Shown here one piece after another: positions 32,413-46,859 of a stretch of DNA of 64,000 nt. The stretch is from the NCBI RefSeq assembly GCF_009914755.1, contig NC_060927.1. One strand, given 5' to 3'. Position 1 is the first letter of the stretch, and the number at the start of each line of letters is the position of its first letter. This DNA is from the human T2T-CHM13v2.0 reference genome, Homo sapiens. Below the pieces are notes generated by a model, which worked only from the letters and a program-made list of their open reading frames with translations, did no database searches and was not told the DNA's origin. Position numbers and translations under genes: made by a program.

Positions 32413-35099
32413 TAACACTAGAATGTAATGCTATAATATTAATAACACTCTAACCCTTCCCTATACCAAGAAGACAACATTCAGAGAGATTTGAAACTTC
32501 TTTCAGCCCCAGTTTCCTTATCTGTAAATGGGGTGTTTTGTAATAAGATTATGCATATTAGTCCTCTTTCATTTTTAGGAAAAAAAAACATACAAATGGG
32601 GGAATAAAAGAAGGCAAAGAGATAATGGAGAAACTTCCCAGTCTATTCAGGCCTGAATCCAAGAAGGGACAAGAAGAAGGGCACTGGCTTTTCCTCGAAG
32701 TGAAGGATGTAACTGTCTTACACACAATCTCCTCCCATAGATCTAGGGCTTTTCAGCCTCAGTCGTTCTCAGGGGGAAAGGATGGGGACCTGCAACAACT
32801 TTCACTTAGGCTGCATCAATTTTAGTTCATATTAATAATTTTCAAGCACTTAAAACTGTAGCCGACACTCAAATTCACGGAGCGCTGGCTGTTTTTCTGG
32901 TGCTGCTTTAAGGGCTTTACATGTAGTGTTCCATCGAATCCTTCTAATAACCCTATGAGATGCATACTATTTTTATTCTCATTATGCAATTATGCACATG
33001 AGGAAATGGAAACATAGGGAGGTTAATTAAAGGCACATAAAATGCATTCATAGGCTGAAGTTCATGTTAAAAAGAGCAAATAAGTAGACCATGGGGGTGA
33101 GAAAATATTTTCTGAATATTGGAAAACAACACATAGCCCCAGTCTTAGTCCATTAGCAACATGTTCAAGAAATAGCTTTAGCAGTCTGTTATCATACCTG
33201 CCCCCACCCTGAAGGCATATCGGAGGGACCCGAGAGGACATCAGGAGCCATTCTGCATTGGGATGTTCACAGGGACCTCTCCTCATTGCTTCTAAGTTCA
33301 CTCTTGGGTGCCAGGTTTGAGGGTGCAGATTCTGATTAGGATATGTCCTGGGGAAGTGGCTTTTTCCTTCTGTTAGTTCTCTGACCCTAATGTAACAAAA
33401 TCTTTAAACCTGTGTCCCAGAACAACACGCAGGAAAGAATATGAACCTCTAAAAGAAAGGCCCAGTAATGGTACCAGTAGAGTCCAAGGCCTCCAGGTCA
33501 AGAACTCCTGCTCTGGAGCAGGGCTGGAAGTGGGGGCACGCTTTGCCTGTATCACTGCCCAGTGAAACCAGGCCTGCTTTGCAGTGCCTGTTAGCATGTC
33601 AACCCAGGATTACTTAGGCCACTTCAGGAATCCCAGGATCTAGTCACCCATCTGGGACCTTTAGGTCAGGAAGAAAATGGAATGGGCTAGATTTATGAAA
33701 ATTGGAAAAAATCCAGTCAGGTGTACCTATAAAGACCTACAGTATTTCCCTGAGAAAATGACATGTATCCTTTACCCTGGGGTTAACTTCTAAAAGTTTT
33801 AGTTTAGAATTTGCATGTGTCTTTTCCATTAGACACAGAGTTATCTTTTGTAGTTCAAACTTATATGCACCTTTCTTTCATTGTCTCCTTTACATCTAAA
33901 TACCTGGTTAAGATATGAGGCAAAGAGATAATCAGTGATTATATAGGGAAGAACGTGATTACAGTAAAAAATTGAAGGACAAAGTTAATTCAGTTACTGC
34001 TTTTTGAAATTCTTTGTAGTATTCTACATGCCACACCAAGCTTTTTTAAAAATTCTGTACTCTTTGGTCTAATATCTTGGTATAAAACTGATAACATAAC
34101 CAAGCTAAAACTAGTGAGGATAAATAAGTAGGAGGAAACTCATTTTTAGAATTGGAGAGGAAAGGAAAAAACTCCTCAAGGTCAATTTTGACATCAACTA
34201 TAAATTCATTTGGCCTTGTGAAATTATAAAGACTCATGTTCAACATTGTTCCATGTGGTTGTTTATATAATTTTCAGTAGTGACAAAATAATCTCCTTAT
34301 TTAGTTTTACAGGTAATTTAATAGTAGAACAAAGTATCGTTTGATTCAGTTGGTTCCAGATCACCATCCTACAGTAGAAGTATATCAGATACTTTTGTGT
34401 ACAGGTGGGATTGGCCTTTGGAATGTCTTGGACCATCACAGAAAGCAGCATACTTTAAGTAAACAAATTGAAACCCTCCCTACAAATAATGAATTTGAGG
34501 ATGTCCCATGACAATGAAGGTGGCCTTGAGAACAACACATAGGTTTGTTATTAGTAATTACAGAGCTACCTGAATTGGGCATATCATGAAAGAAGTACAC
34601 AGAACATGGCTTTTAAAGAATTATGCTTTGTCATTTCAAAAACAATTGTTTTTAAAAATTGTTTTAAAAATTGTTAAGATGATTTAAATGTTCAAAGTGT
34701 ATGACACCTATCCTCTGCTTAGTGTTCAGAGGTTACTGAGGGTAAGGAACTGAGTTAATATTTGTGAAGTAATAATACTTGTAAAACATTATTTCTCATA
34801 AAAAATAATAGAAAGCAATGTTGAGAAGAAGTAGAGAAAGAACCAGTATAATATAATTACTGCCTCACTGGGCTTGGGTAGTGCCTTCAAATTCCTTTCG
34901 CATATATTTACCATTCCAATTGCCCTGTGAAATGGAAGATCTAATTCCTTCTCACTTTGCCTATTTAATTGCAGAGTCTCCCTTAACACTGGTTTTTCTC
35001 AGTCTATAATGGGCTAGGAACTCTTGTATCATAAAAATATTCATTACTCCACTTTTGAGTTACCCATTCATTATTTCTTTTTAAAACATTAAACTTGTA

Positions 35100-36230
35100 C
35101 TTTGTAATAGTTGCTTTCCCATTTATCCTATGTTTGCTCCTGAACCCCTCTTTATGGTCTTTTTTGTGACACATCTGATTCTGTTTTCTTGACAACAATC
35201 AGGAGGCTAGTAATCCCAAAACCTAAGGTAATCTTTTCCTAGGTCTCTCCCTCGTTGGTGTCTGTGGCACCTGATACTGACTGCTGATCCTTCCTCTCCC
35301 TGATGGTCTCTCTGCACTATCCTGGTTTTTCTCCTATCCCTTAGAACTCTCTTTTCTTTTCCTCTATTTATTCATTCTTCATTCTCTTTCTTATCACTCA
35401 TGTAAATATTTCCCAAGGTTTTGCTTTCCTTTTTTCTCTCAACAAAGACTTCTTTGAAGTTTACTCCCATATTTATGGCTTATAGTGCTCTTGGCCAAAG
35501 TGTTTGCTAGTCCTAATCTCACGCATTCCTGCTGTGCCCCAGGACCCTGTTTGTAACTCAGTGTTAGTTGTCTCCACTGGGAACACCTGTGGTAGCTCAT
35601 ACTCGGCACTATATAAAATGGAATTCAATTTGATTCCTTTAAATGCTTTTCATCTTTACTTGATACCTTGGAGTTATCTTTGATAACTGCCTTTGTTGTA
35701 ACTAACACTCAGCTCCCAGAGCTGTCTACCCTCATCCACAAAATCTGTTGCACCTGGATCCTCCCCATTCCTCCTATTACCGCCCCCTTCAGGTCACCAA
35801 TAGTGTGAAATACTGACAGTGCTGTCTGGACCCTCTCCTTCCTCCAGTTGCTCCTTCTCACATCCAGGCTGCCAAATTAGATCTTCTCAAAATCTTGCTC
35901 ATGGTAGGCCCTACTTAACACCCTTCCACAGCTCTGCAACAGAGGTGCAAACCCCTCATACCTAGTCCTGATGCCTCATTTCCAGTCTTTCAAAAGAGCT
36001 CAAATGGAGCCATGTCTAATAAACCTACCTAGATATTACTGTTAACTGGATTAAAATATACTTTACAAACTTTCTAAATTCTCAGATACTGGTGATGTGA
36101 GGATACATATTGTTTTAAGATTCTTGGTGGTGGGGTCTGTTTTTCTCCACCTTTGTGTCCTCATGGAACTCACTGTAGTGACAGGCACAAAAGATATATT
36201 CTATACATACTTGCTGAGTGAGTGAATCAA
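35100..36230. mobile_element. Degenerate L2 LINE fragments
   Basis: Pyrimidine-rich L2-like tracts (cttggagttatctttga...; ...atacttgctgagtgagtgaat). Confidence 0.45.
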
Positions 36231-37345
36231 TGCTCCGGTGGGTCTCTGTGTATGGGGACATATCTTTAACCACGCTGCATGGAAGTTGTTTGTGAATGTT
36301 ATTTGATCTTCTCTACAAGACTCTAAGTCTCTGAGCCTAGGGCTCCAGTTTATAAAACTGCGTCCTGCACAATACTTAGCCTGTGGTCCTCCACATTGAA
36401 AGCATCCACTATATTGATGGATGAATAGTCCTGACTCCTTTCTGTTCAGAGAACATTAAGTTTGTCCAGAAGCAGACTTAGTAACAAGCAGCATAAATGG
36501 TGGGAGAAAGGGCAGGGTTCTGTTTCTGACTCTGTCATTCATTATGCTGGGAAACTTTCGTTATAACACTTGTGTTATTTGGGCCTCAGTTTTCTCATGT
36601 GTACAATAATGGGTATAGACCAGGTAACCTTTAATCTTGCACTGCTGATAAAAAGTTAGAACTGGCACACATTCCTCAGAGAGAACAAATGATTCAGAGG
36701 CAGAAGAAAAGCAAAAAAGAAAGCAAAAAAAAAAAAAGGGATTCTGCTGATGAAGTAATAAGGTATGTGATTATGGTACCTAGTGTGAGGTGACTGGTGG
36801 AAAGATCCGACTTGAAATTTCCTTAAAGCAAGAAGTCCTTAAAGAATCCTCATGCTTGCTCTCAATCAATCCTAAATGATCCAACTCTAAGGGCAGTAGT
36901 GCATGTGGCCTCTTTTATTTTAAGTAAGGATGTGAGAAGTCTTGACAGATATGGAGAAGCACTAATTTTATATAATGAAATCTGCCATGAACAGAGGAAG
37001 CACACATGAAACTGTCACTAGCAGCTGTAGATAAGAATTAAAGATGTATTCCTGCATGGGATGAGATGGCAAGATGAAGAACAGAACCGTGAAAATCAGC
37101 ATTGGGCCCTAACAATTACATGTGGATAATCATATCTATGCACTGTTTGGGAGAGCAATATGACACAGTGTAACTTGAGCCAATGGGCATTGAGACCAGA
37201 CTTGCCAAGGGACCTGGGAGGATTTTATAAGAGGACAGACTGTTAGAGTCGGGAAGGGCCACAAATCCATGACAAAGTTCCAGCATGACACCTGTAGGTG
37301 ACTCTGGCTCCATGAATGAACTTTTCTCAACAATTAGTTATTCTG

Positions 37346-37668
37346 AGCCAGGTGTGGTGGCTCATGCCTGTAATCCCAGCACTTTGGGAGGCCGAGGCAG
37401 ACGGATTGCTTGAGCTCAGGATTCGAGACCAGCCTGGGCAACATGATCAAATCTCACCTCTAAAATACAAACAAACAAAAAACCCCCCAAAAAACTAGCT
37501 GGCTGTGGTGGCACAAGTCTATGTTCCCAGCTACTCAGGAGGCTGGGTGGGAGGATTGCTTGAGCCCAGGAGGCAGAGGTGGCAGTGAGCTGAGATTGCA
37601 CTGCTGTACTCCAGCCTGGGCAACAGAGCCAGACCCTGTTTAAACAAAAAAGAAAAATAAAAAGAAAA
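37346..37668 (+). mobile_element. Alu (AluJ-type)
   Basis: gccaggtgtggtggctcatgcctgtaatcccagcactttgggagg... with A-rich tail. Confidence 0.95.
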
Positions 37669-37704
37669 TTTATTTTGTGATTTACTGATCAAAATCATCA
37701 CTAG

Positions 37705-38012
<308 letters not shown>

Positions 38013-41000
38013 CCCTCAGAATACTTTCTTACTTTGACTGGCTGTGTGGAAGGAAGGGTTCTTTTGCCTATTAGAAAATAAGTAGATGTCTTGCTTTATT
38101 ATATATTTGGAAAGCAAATGTCTCTGAAATGGATATAGGATTCAGCTCAGCTGAATTATAACAATAGACAATGTTACCCAAATACAAATCTTCCCATGAT
38201 TAAAATGAGGCAAAGTATAAGAAGGCCTCAGTGTCATAACTGAACTGTTCTGTTTTCTGAAAACTCTGCGCTCTGTTTGTGCCTCTATGGTTTTGCTTCT
38301 TTCTATTCCTTCTGCCTGGAATGCCATTACTTCTGCCTTCTACTTTACAAATGCCCACTCCTTTATGATCCAGTTTAATTTCATTTTTGGTGTGGAGCTC
38401 TTTCCACTTCAAGAGGCTCTTTCCTCGGGGGCTCTGTAGCATTTTGTGCATACTGGAACACTTTAATTCTGCATTTATATTTACCCCGTTATGTTCCAAA
38501 GTGTGGGGATGGGGTCTTATTCCTATCTTCGTCCCTAATCTTAGCTGAGGACTTGGTGCAGAATGAGGGATCTGATAACATTTGATCAATGACTGAATTA
38601 ATGACTAAATGAATGAATGAATAAGAACGACTACCAGAAATTACTGCATTAAGTGACTATGGAAGAAACCCAGTTAAATTGGTGTTGTAGGGAAATAATA
38701 AGTTTTATAAAAAGAGGGCCAATTTAAAAAATAGAGGTAGATTAAGATACAAAGTTTCAAGACCTGTGCTTTTTTAAAATAAGTGTGTCCCCAAATGCAC
38801 AAAGTGGAAACTCTAGGAAATTAGAGCAAATAAAAAAAACGAACTGGCCTTCCAATGTATAAGTGCTGGACTAAGCACTAAAATCTCTAAATAAAGGGTA
38901 TAAAAGGTAACGAAAAAATTCCAAAGAGATTATATATCAATTAACTAAGAGGCAGAAAGGTGACTTTTTAAAACGGGAAAGACTATCTTTAATGACAGGA
39001 AATCCACATTTAACAGATGAGGGGCTTACTTGGCAATGAAATGACAGAAAAACAGTTTAAATGAAAAGATAAATATATAATTCCTTACAGAACATAGAAT
39101 AAAGCAGAATGCAGAACACTGGGGGCAACGAGAGCACTTAGTTGTACCAAAGACACTCTATTACTGCTTAACTGATACGGAATTTATTAGAAAATTAATA
39201 ACAAGCCATTGGATAGTAACTGTCTGTGGTTGTTATTCCATTCCATTTTGGCTATATTTTCTCTGCAAATTAGTGTGACCCTAAAATGTTTTCAGGATTG
39301 TCCAACTTGTCCTAAATTCCATAAATAAACTCTTTCAGAGGATGCTGTTTTTTGCCATGTCTCTATTACGGTTCTTCACAGATGGACCATTTTTGTCCTT
39401 CCAAAGTCTAAGAATAACTCTTTCAGTTATCAAGACATACCAAAATCCAGTTCAGCTGCTCCTGTGGGATTCCAGTTAGTTTAGACACATCTGCTGAGAT
39501 ACATGCATTTGAATCCAAATGAAGCTTTTGTTTGATTATACATTTTGAACATTTATGGAGGTTTTCTGGGGCCAAAATGTTTTTCATTTTTTGGCACACC
39601 AAACAGAGATCTTCAGTTATAAACACTGCCTTCTGAGCACCTCCAACAGAAATCCAATCTTTTCATGTGAACAGGTGCCTCAGGAAGTTTTTGGAAGGTT
39701 TTACACTGAATCAGCTTTCCGATTGGAAACTTTCTGAACATGCAGTCAAATTTGCCAAAGAGACCTTCAAACTTGCTTGAGCAGTTTTCACTCATACAGA
39801 CATACATTCACACATACAGACAGCCCAAGTAAAAGCAAATCAGAGCCCTGTAAAACTGAAGTATTTTTCTTAAAGGTTAAATATCATATGCAACCAAACT
39901 GAACAAAAAGAAATACACAACAGGAGACAGAATGAACGGATAGCACGAGGTTCTTCATTGAGCGTGTCTGCCTTAAAGCCTTACCTAGAGTTTAAGCTAT
40001 ACATCCTTTCAGTAAAGTTTTTTATTTCATCTGGTTTCAAATATATACTCAAGCATTCGCATTTTTAAACACGGCACCATAGAGTATTGCTACTAACGCC
40101 TTTCAATCACAAACCCGTTCAAACAGTTATTTTGAAACACTGCCTTCTCTAACACAAATGGGTAAACCAGATTTAAATGTAAAGGAAGAAAAAAAATTAC
40201 TCTTTAAGTCAGGGGTTCTTTAGCAAAGCCCTCATCTTACCTGATTCCCTATAACTTTTACTTTCCAGTTTGAATACAGCATAGACTAAAAAGTTGTTAT
40301 AGAGTAAAATAACTTTTTAAGCCTTAAGCCTATAAGTTTTTACAGAGTAAAATCACTCCCCCAGTGGGCATGCCTGCAATTCAAGGGGAAATCTGCTTTC
40401 AAGTTGTTCTAATGGCCCCGAACCAGATGCTCTAAGATGGCCAGAAACCTTTGTCTACACCCACTTAGCAGATTTCTGGCTCGTTATCAGGGACTAAAAG
40501 GTTTATTCACAGAAATGAATAATTTCCTTCGAAATATCCCTTACCCTATTTACATGCTTGCATATTCCTTCCATTTTGTTTTCCCCCTACAGCTTTACTA
40601 AGGGAATTAATTATCTGGAAGAACAGGAACATACAGTAAGTACATCTGAGTTACAGGATGAGACACAGTATGTCATCTATTAGGCCTGGCTAAGACCAGC
40701 AGCTGATGCTAAATGGGAAGGAACATGCACCAAATGTTTTTTAATCACAAAGTTAGTAATTAATTGCTCTTTAAAATACATTTTATGCTTCTTTCTGTCT
40801 GTGTACATGAAATGCACATTTATTACATGCCAAAAATTACAACATTATGGTTTAAATGTGACTGGCACGGAAGTCCGGAAATCAGAGTTAATGTTCCCAC
40901 AGCAACTTTAATTCTGTCCGTGTGCACATGTAGAGCTATAATAGTCTTCCGTTCCAGGATAATACGTATAGATGGTTTTGGGAGGGAAGCTAAAGACCCA

Positions 41001-44000
41001 TATCCTCAACTGTAGTTACAGGAAAAAAATCAAAGGATAAAAGCTGTGCTCCTTTCCACATACGTGGATAAAAACAATGTCCCCACACCCAGTGTTGTGT
41101 AATCAGGGAATGAAAGAATCTGCTGTGATGCCAGCACTCAAGGGGACAGTTTCTGTTGCTGTGGGAACCTGAACTTTGCATTTCCTGACTTTGGGGTAAT
41201 TAAAATGTCAGCCTTAATGTGGCATTAATGGAGTTTGCCATAAAAATCTTCTGTTTTGTTCTCTAAAAAATTGCTTAAAAGTTCAAAATGAGCCAAGTGT
41301 ACTAAAAATTTTAATCACACAGACTTGGGCGGGTGAAGCAAATGGTTGGGAGGGGGAGGCCAAGGAAGGTGGATGGCAAGAGTTGGAAAAGGAAGAGCCC
41401 ATTGGCCTCTGTGAGTGTCCAGCCCCAGCAGAATGATGCTACCTACGGAGCTAAAGTTAAACCCACCCACACAACAGTTTGGAAATGTGTAAAGGTTCAA
41501 TGAAAAATAAATAAAAACTGTTCATGCGTAAGTGCATCTTGGCAAAGACACAAAAAATGAGACAGTCTGATGAGGCCGGTATAAAACATGGGAAGGTAAG
41601 TCACCATGGATATCAGCTTCCAACAAAAGAAAGACATCAGAATAGGTGGATCTACAGCAGAAGTAGGGAGGACGGCCACAGGGAGGAAAATCACTTCTTT
41701 CAATGGGAGCCTTATTTGGGGGAAAACAAAATGGAAGAAATATGCAAGTAAAAGTTCTGGTCGCGTCTATCACATGTATATGACTGTGATGTGCTACAGC
41801 TTGATAGCTGTCAAGAAAGGTTTTTCATATGGAGAGCTTCGTCTGCTTTACTGACTTGGTTTAGTCCTGCTTAAGCATTTAAAGGGAGCACTTGGCTCAG
41901 CTCATACTCAGCTTGCTTAGTGAGTAACTGCTCTATCAAACACCTAGGGTGTTTTTTACCCTTCAGATTCCATAACTCATCTTAATGCCTTCCATTATCA
42001 CCATGTGAATTTGCTTACCATTAGATTTTTAGCAATGGTGAAGAGGTGGTAAGCTAGGGGGTAATGGGGGAATATTGCTAAAAGGAAATTGTGTTAGTAG
42101 GCGCACTGCAAAGCAACATACATTTTAGCAGCAATATTAACCTCATCATCTCACAAAAGAAAGCATATCTCAACTATATTTCTTCTTGTTTTGAATACCA
42201 CTGGGATCTTTTGCCGAATTTGAAGAGGCTCAGGAGGTTAAACAGCCAACTGAGAATTTAGGGGGTCAGACTTGTCATCTTTGCTGTAAAACACAGCCTG
42301 TGTCCTTCATATGCAAAAAAGATGGTGGCTTACCCACCCATGTCAGTTCATATGCAGAGCTGACTTTTCTTTTGTGGCGATGCTTTATCCATCATGTTTT
42401 ACAACCCAGTCACCAATATGAGTAGTTGCACATTTTCAAGATGCCTGTTCAGAGCCAGGAATGCCGTCTTTGGGCTCAGAACAGAGAATTCCAATAAGAA
42501 ATGCTCTCACAATGAGAGCAAATCCATAAACACCCCTCGGTACCCAAATGAGTTAACCACAAGCGAGTCTTCCATCTACCTGGGTGTCAATTTTCTCAGT
42601 TTTCTCATCTGTAAATTGGGAAGGATCATACTGACAGGATATGGGCATTAAATCATGACTAAGAATAATTTTGCTAAACACATGACAAATAAAAAGGTGC
42701 TATAAAAATTCAAGCACTTGTGAAAGCTTGGAACAACACACACTGGTGGAATGTTTCTGAAGTTAAAGAGACTAACAAGTCAAGGGCACTATTTTTAAAT
42801 GCCCCAAATCTGTTAGTTCTAAATAGGAACTGAATATTTTACCTTAAAGAAATTAGGCTTTTAAATTAATCTATGGTAAGAATGACATTTGAAAGTAAAA
42901 AAAAAAAAATCCTCTTGAATGCAAGAAGAGCATCCAAAAATTTTAACAGCTTAAAATAAACCTTTTTCCTGTCTTCTCTCAAGCAATCTCCAAATGGACA
43001 GATTTCTGTGAATCTTTCCTAAAAACAATTTTCTTCTAAGTGTAGGCTCAAATCAGGACAAACTACAATCCAAATATATTTGGAGAAAAGTATAATCAAT
43101 TTAAACAACAGGTTGGAACAGAGAAGACTTACACATCTTAATGGCAAAATCAAAGTGACTGTCTAAAAACAGCTGGAGATCAGGTTTCTCCTCCTGGTTT
43201 GTTTTTCCAACTGAGCTCACATCCACTGGCTTCCCCAGGGCCACCAAGGAGATGTATGGTGACACCATACTCACGCTGTTCCTGAAACTTACTTCATGCC
43301 AATGCTAAGGCCTGGCCAGAGGATGCTTATGATAAAGCACAATAAGTGAAGCCCAATGCTTTTTCTATTCACAAAACATTCATTTTTGCTGTAACAGAAG
43401 ATTTCTAGCCTAAGGCAATTCTATGTAATCCATACCCATAAGGTGTGGCAGAAAGCTGGGTAATGAAGACCTGCATGTAGAAACTCCAGGCCCTTCACCA
43501 CAGGAACGGGCTATTTTCCTGGTGGGAAGGGACAGTGTGCACATGCCTATGGGCACTGTGCCACTCTACTTTCCAATTCTTTCTGTCATTACTATTACAC
43601 TGAAGATTGCCAGGCAAGAAGGTCCAAGGATGTGACTATTAGGACGGTCCTCAGAACACAGTCCCTGCTTCTGCCCCCTGGTTTCTCTATAGAAGCCTCA
43701 ACTTCGACTGTTCAAATCACATAGGCCACAGAGATTTGTCTCACGTTACTTCCCTTTTCATTTTCTAGTGACGGCTAGAATATGGTCTTAGCCCAACCTT
43801 AAATAGAACAAGCTCTCTTCACCCCAATCCTGCCGCCAGCTCATTTCCCTCTCTTTAGAGACTATCATGATGAAGCAAGTAGAGAATGGAATCTCCTGGA
43901 CCATTGTCTCTTGCCTTCTTTGCAGAATTTTACATTTGTTCTGTCAGAAAAATAACAATAAAAGATTTAGAATCTCATTTCCTAATAATTTTTGTCTTTG

Positions 44001-45015
44001 TGGACAAAATTTTATTTTTGAAATAAAACTTTGCAGGTCTTATGTTACTCATTTTAAAGAAGAATATGCCAGTTATTTGCATGTTACCAGACATCCTTTA
44101 TGGAGATCAGTTCAGAAGAGTTGTTGGGTATGTTAAGACTAAAAGGAATATTCTTTTGGATTCGACTCCAAAGTTATTTCATTCCTTTCCATTGTCAACA
44201 CACATGTTTCTTTTTCTCTGAAGTATTGGGTTACATTTCAGAAAAAGAAAAAAATCTCCTAAACGTGATTTATCAACTTGCTTAAAATAGAATTAGAAGA
44301 AGTGACTCCCAGATTAGTGGGAAGATGGCAAAAATAAACAGCAAAGAAGTGATTTCAATAGCGACGATCTCATTAAGCTGCCCATTTCCAAATTTAGCCC
44401 TTAGGCAGTTTTTTTAATTAAAAAATATTTTTAACCTGGATTCTCATTGGCTGTGTGAAGTCTGGGTGGCTTCTGAATTCTTGGAAGCCATTCTCTTTTC
44501 TTCTGTAAATTTATGCTATCCTTTAACCACTTCAAAATAAATTAAAAACTGGAAAGACAGAAATTCAGCCAAGCTACATGAGACTCCAATAACTAATGCA
44601 AATCTGACTTGTGTTATGTAATTTCAAAATGGATGTTTCCTTGTGTCTAACTGGCCTTCTGAGGTCCACATTTGGTTGTTCAATTTAGTAATTGTGGAAG
44701 TGCCATTATCCAGATCAAGAATAAATGGATACCAGCAACAAAACTTCATTTTCTGGGTTAGTGTTATGAAAAGAACGTGTTTTATGTAATTAATCAGCCC
44801 TTTAAGGCCAAATGGCATGTCACCTGGCTTTTAAATACACTCTAGCTTTGCAAACTTATAGATATTGGCTGAATGAAAATGGTGGCACATTACTTTTGGC
44901 TGCTTTAGAAGACCAAATGCAAAGAGCTCGCTCTGAAAGTAGAAAAGCCAGAACCCAGGGTAGAAGCACTACTCCAAGCACTGCAAAGACACCATCACCT
45001 TAGTGGTGTACTCAC

Positions 45016-45203
45016 AATCAGATGACCCGGTGTGAGCGTGAGAGTTTGTCAGTGAATGTGTTGAGTGGATGAGGGCTGGGTCTGGAGACAAAACAGCTTC
45101 AAAGTTCAGGCAGGGAAGGCCCGGCTTGGCGCTGGATCCACCCGGCTGAGTAATCTCATTCTCCTCAGATGCCTTCTGGTTTTCAGCTGTCTTGGGTTTC
45201 TTC
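45016..45203 (-). CDS. ZBTB20: ZBTB20 188-nt exon: N-terminal extension of the 741-aa isoform, 5'UTR for the 668-aa isoform
   Basis: Acceptor tttattttcag|GAAGAAACCC and donor TCTGATT|gtgagt. Encodes (R)[22 protein letters not shown]...HTGSSD(C) and joins the next exon as T|GT = Cys, keeping frame. Confidence 0.96.
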
Positions 45204-45575
45204 CTGAAAATAAACAAAGGGCCCTTTGAAGGAACTGACTGCATATTTGGGAAAAGGCATTTTTAGAATCTGTTAAAGATAACTTGATTTTTTTTTTCTG
45301 AAGGGGGATGGGAGGGAGTCCAGTATGTCCCTTGTTTTAAAACAAGCTGATTCTTGTTTTTTTTCCCTCCAGTAATGGCCTAACTGGGAACACATGAAAG
45401 CATATGGGCCAAGCAAACAGCACCACATTTGGACTCTGTTGGCTGCATAAAAAGACCCTGTCCCAGAACTTTAGACAGCTTGAGCTACGTATGGCTGACA
45501 TTATCCAAGAAAGCATCCCTCTTCCCCCCTTAGGAGTTTTAACATGGTCTGGAAAAATACTAGTGGAAGTTTTAC

Positions 45576-45586
45576 CGTTCTAGCAT
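45576..45586 (-). CDS. ZBTB20: ZBTB20 long-isoform start (ATGCTAGAACG, MLER), at the 3' end of the 164-nt exon
   Basis: ATGCTAGAACG|gtaaaa with an in-frame TGA 6 nt upstream. 11+188+1605+422 = 2226 nt = 741 aa + stop, matching the known MLERKKPK N-terminus. Confidence 0.93.
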
Positions 45587-45739
45587 TTGTCAGGAAGCTT
45601 AGAGACAGGACTCGTGGAGTAATGGGAGGAGCACTGGACTGGGAGTCAGGAGACTTGAGCTACCGTACTAGCTGTGCCTCTAACTTGCTGTGTGGCCTTG
45701 GGCACCTCACTTCACCTCTCTGGGCTTCAGTTTCCTCAT
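45587..45739 (-). other. ZBTB20: 5'UTR part of the 164-nt start-codon exon
   Basis: Acceptor ttattttacag|ATGAGGAAACTG (AG at 45741-45740) lies inside a MIR. Confidence 0.75.
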
Positions 45740-45800
45740 CTGTAAAATAAAGGGCTTGGATTAGAAGGCCTTAAAGGTTCCTTCCAACTTTAAATTTCTA
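45620..45800 (+). mobile_element. MIR/MIR3 SINE, exonised in antisense
   Basis: gagcactggactgggagtcaggagacttgag...ttgctgtgtggccttgggc...cctctctgggcttcagtttcctcatctgtaaaat...aggttccttccaactttaa. Confidence 0.9.
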
Positions 45801-46859
45801 CTCATGGACTACATTAAGGAACATTCAACTTTCCTGCTCTTATTAAGATTTTATTTTAAATAAAATTTCAAATCACAATTTAAATTTGCAGCCTGTACGG
45901 ATGAGGGGGTAGTGATGGGAGGTTTCTGTTAGAGTAGCAAGTGAAAAGTGAAAAGAAGAGCTTAGATTCTAGTAGCTAAAGAGGGAAGGTGTCATGCAGA
46001 GATTTTTCTACTCCAACTCTTTACTCATCCTACGCCTAAGATTTTTGATTTGGTGCATCGTCCTGGAGTTTAGGGTGTGATTGTGTGTTTGGGACATGAG
46101 GAAGAGAAGGGTGAAGGGAATTAGAAAGTAATTGTTACTAATTGTTATATGGGGTCAGGAATAGGAAGTAAAACAGCACAGCTATCAGTCAGCTCAGGTC
46201 TCCTCTCCCCAGGACAATGCAACTGATATGAAATTAACAAATACTTAGCTTATACTACACAGACCCTAGACCACAGCCAAACTGGTTTATTAGTAATAGT
46301 TCCTGAACATTTCTCCAATTCCCTTGGATTTGTGTCTTTTTCTATCATTATGTGGACATGACCAGAAAAAGCATTTATTTTATTTGTAGAAGACTATGTG
46401 TGGTACAGAATTTGTTGTAAGTAGATTTGTTTCCATGTTTCCCTTGTTTCTGTGAGCATGGTAATGTACTTGTTATGCAGAATATTTTGTATTTAAATTT
46501 GTTGTGCTGGGTAGTTAAATCTGCCCTCGCAGAATATGGTGTTATGATTAGTATGCTGTGTTTTCAGTCCAACAGGTTGTGAAATAAAATCTGTTTCTTC
46601 AGAGGGCAGGAGGCAGAGATGGCATGGCAAAGATTAGAATAGAGGTGAGGCTTTCAGACATCTTTTTCAGTATGGAGGAAGCCAATACAAGAGAAGCAAC
46701 AAATTATAAGACCTTATCAATTGATTTTTGAATGGTGACTATGGGAGTAACCCCCAAATCTTGAGTGTCTACATGGACCCTGAAGGAGCTGGTATTCTGA
46801 TTTTCAGTTTAAAGATGTAGCCAAGATCAAAGTTGCTAAAGCCCAACTCCTTTATTAAA

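Noticed and set aside
44969-45244. 91-aa ORF as an independent gene
   Set aside because: Only 45203-45016 is exonic; both ends are intron read-through past canonical splice sites.
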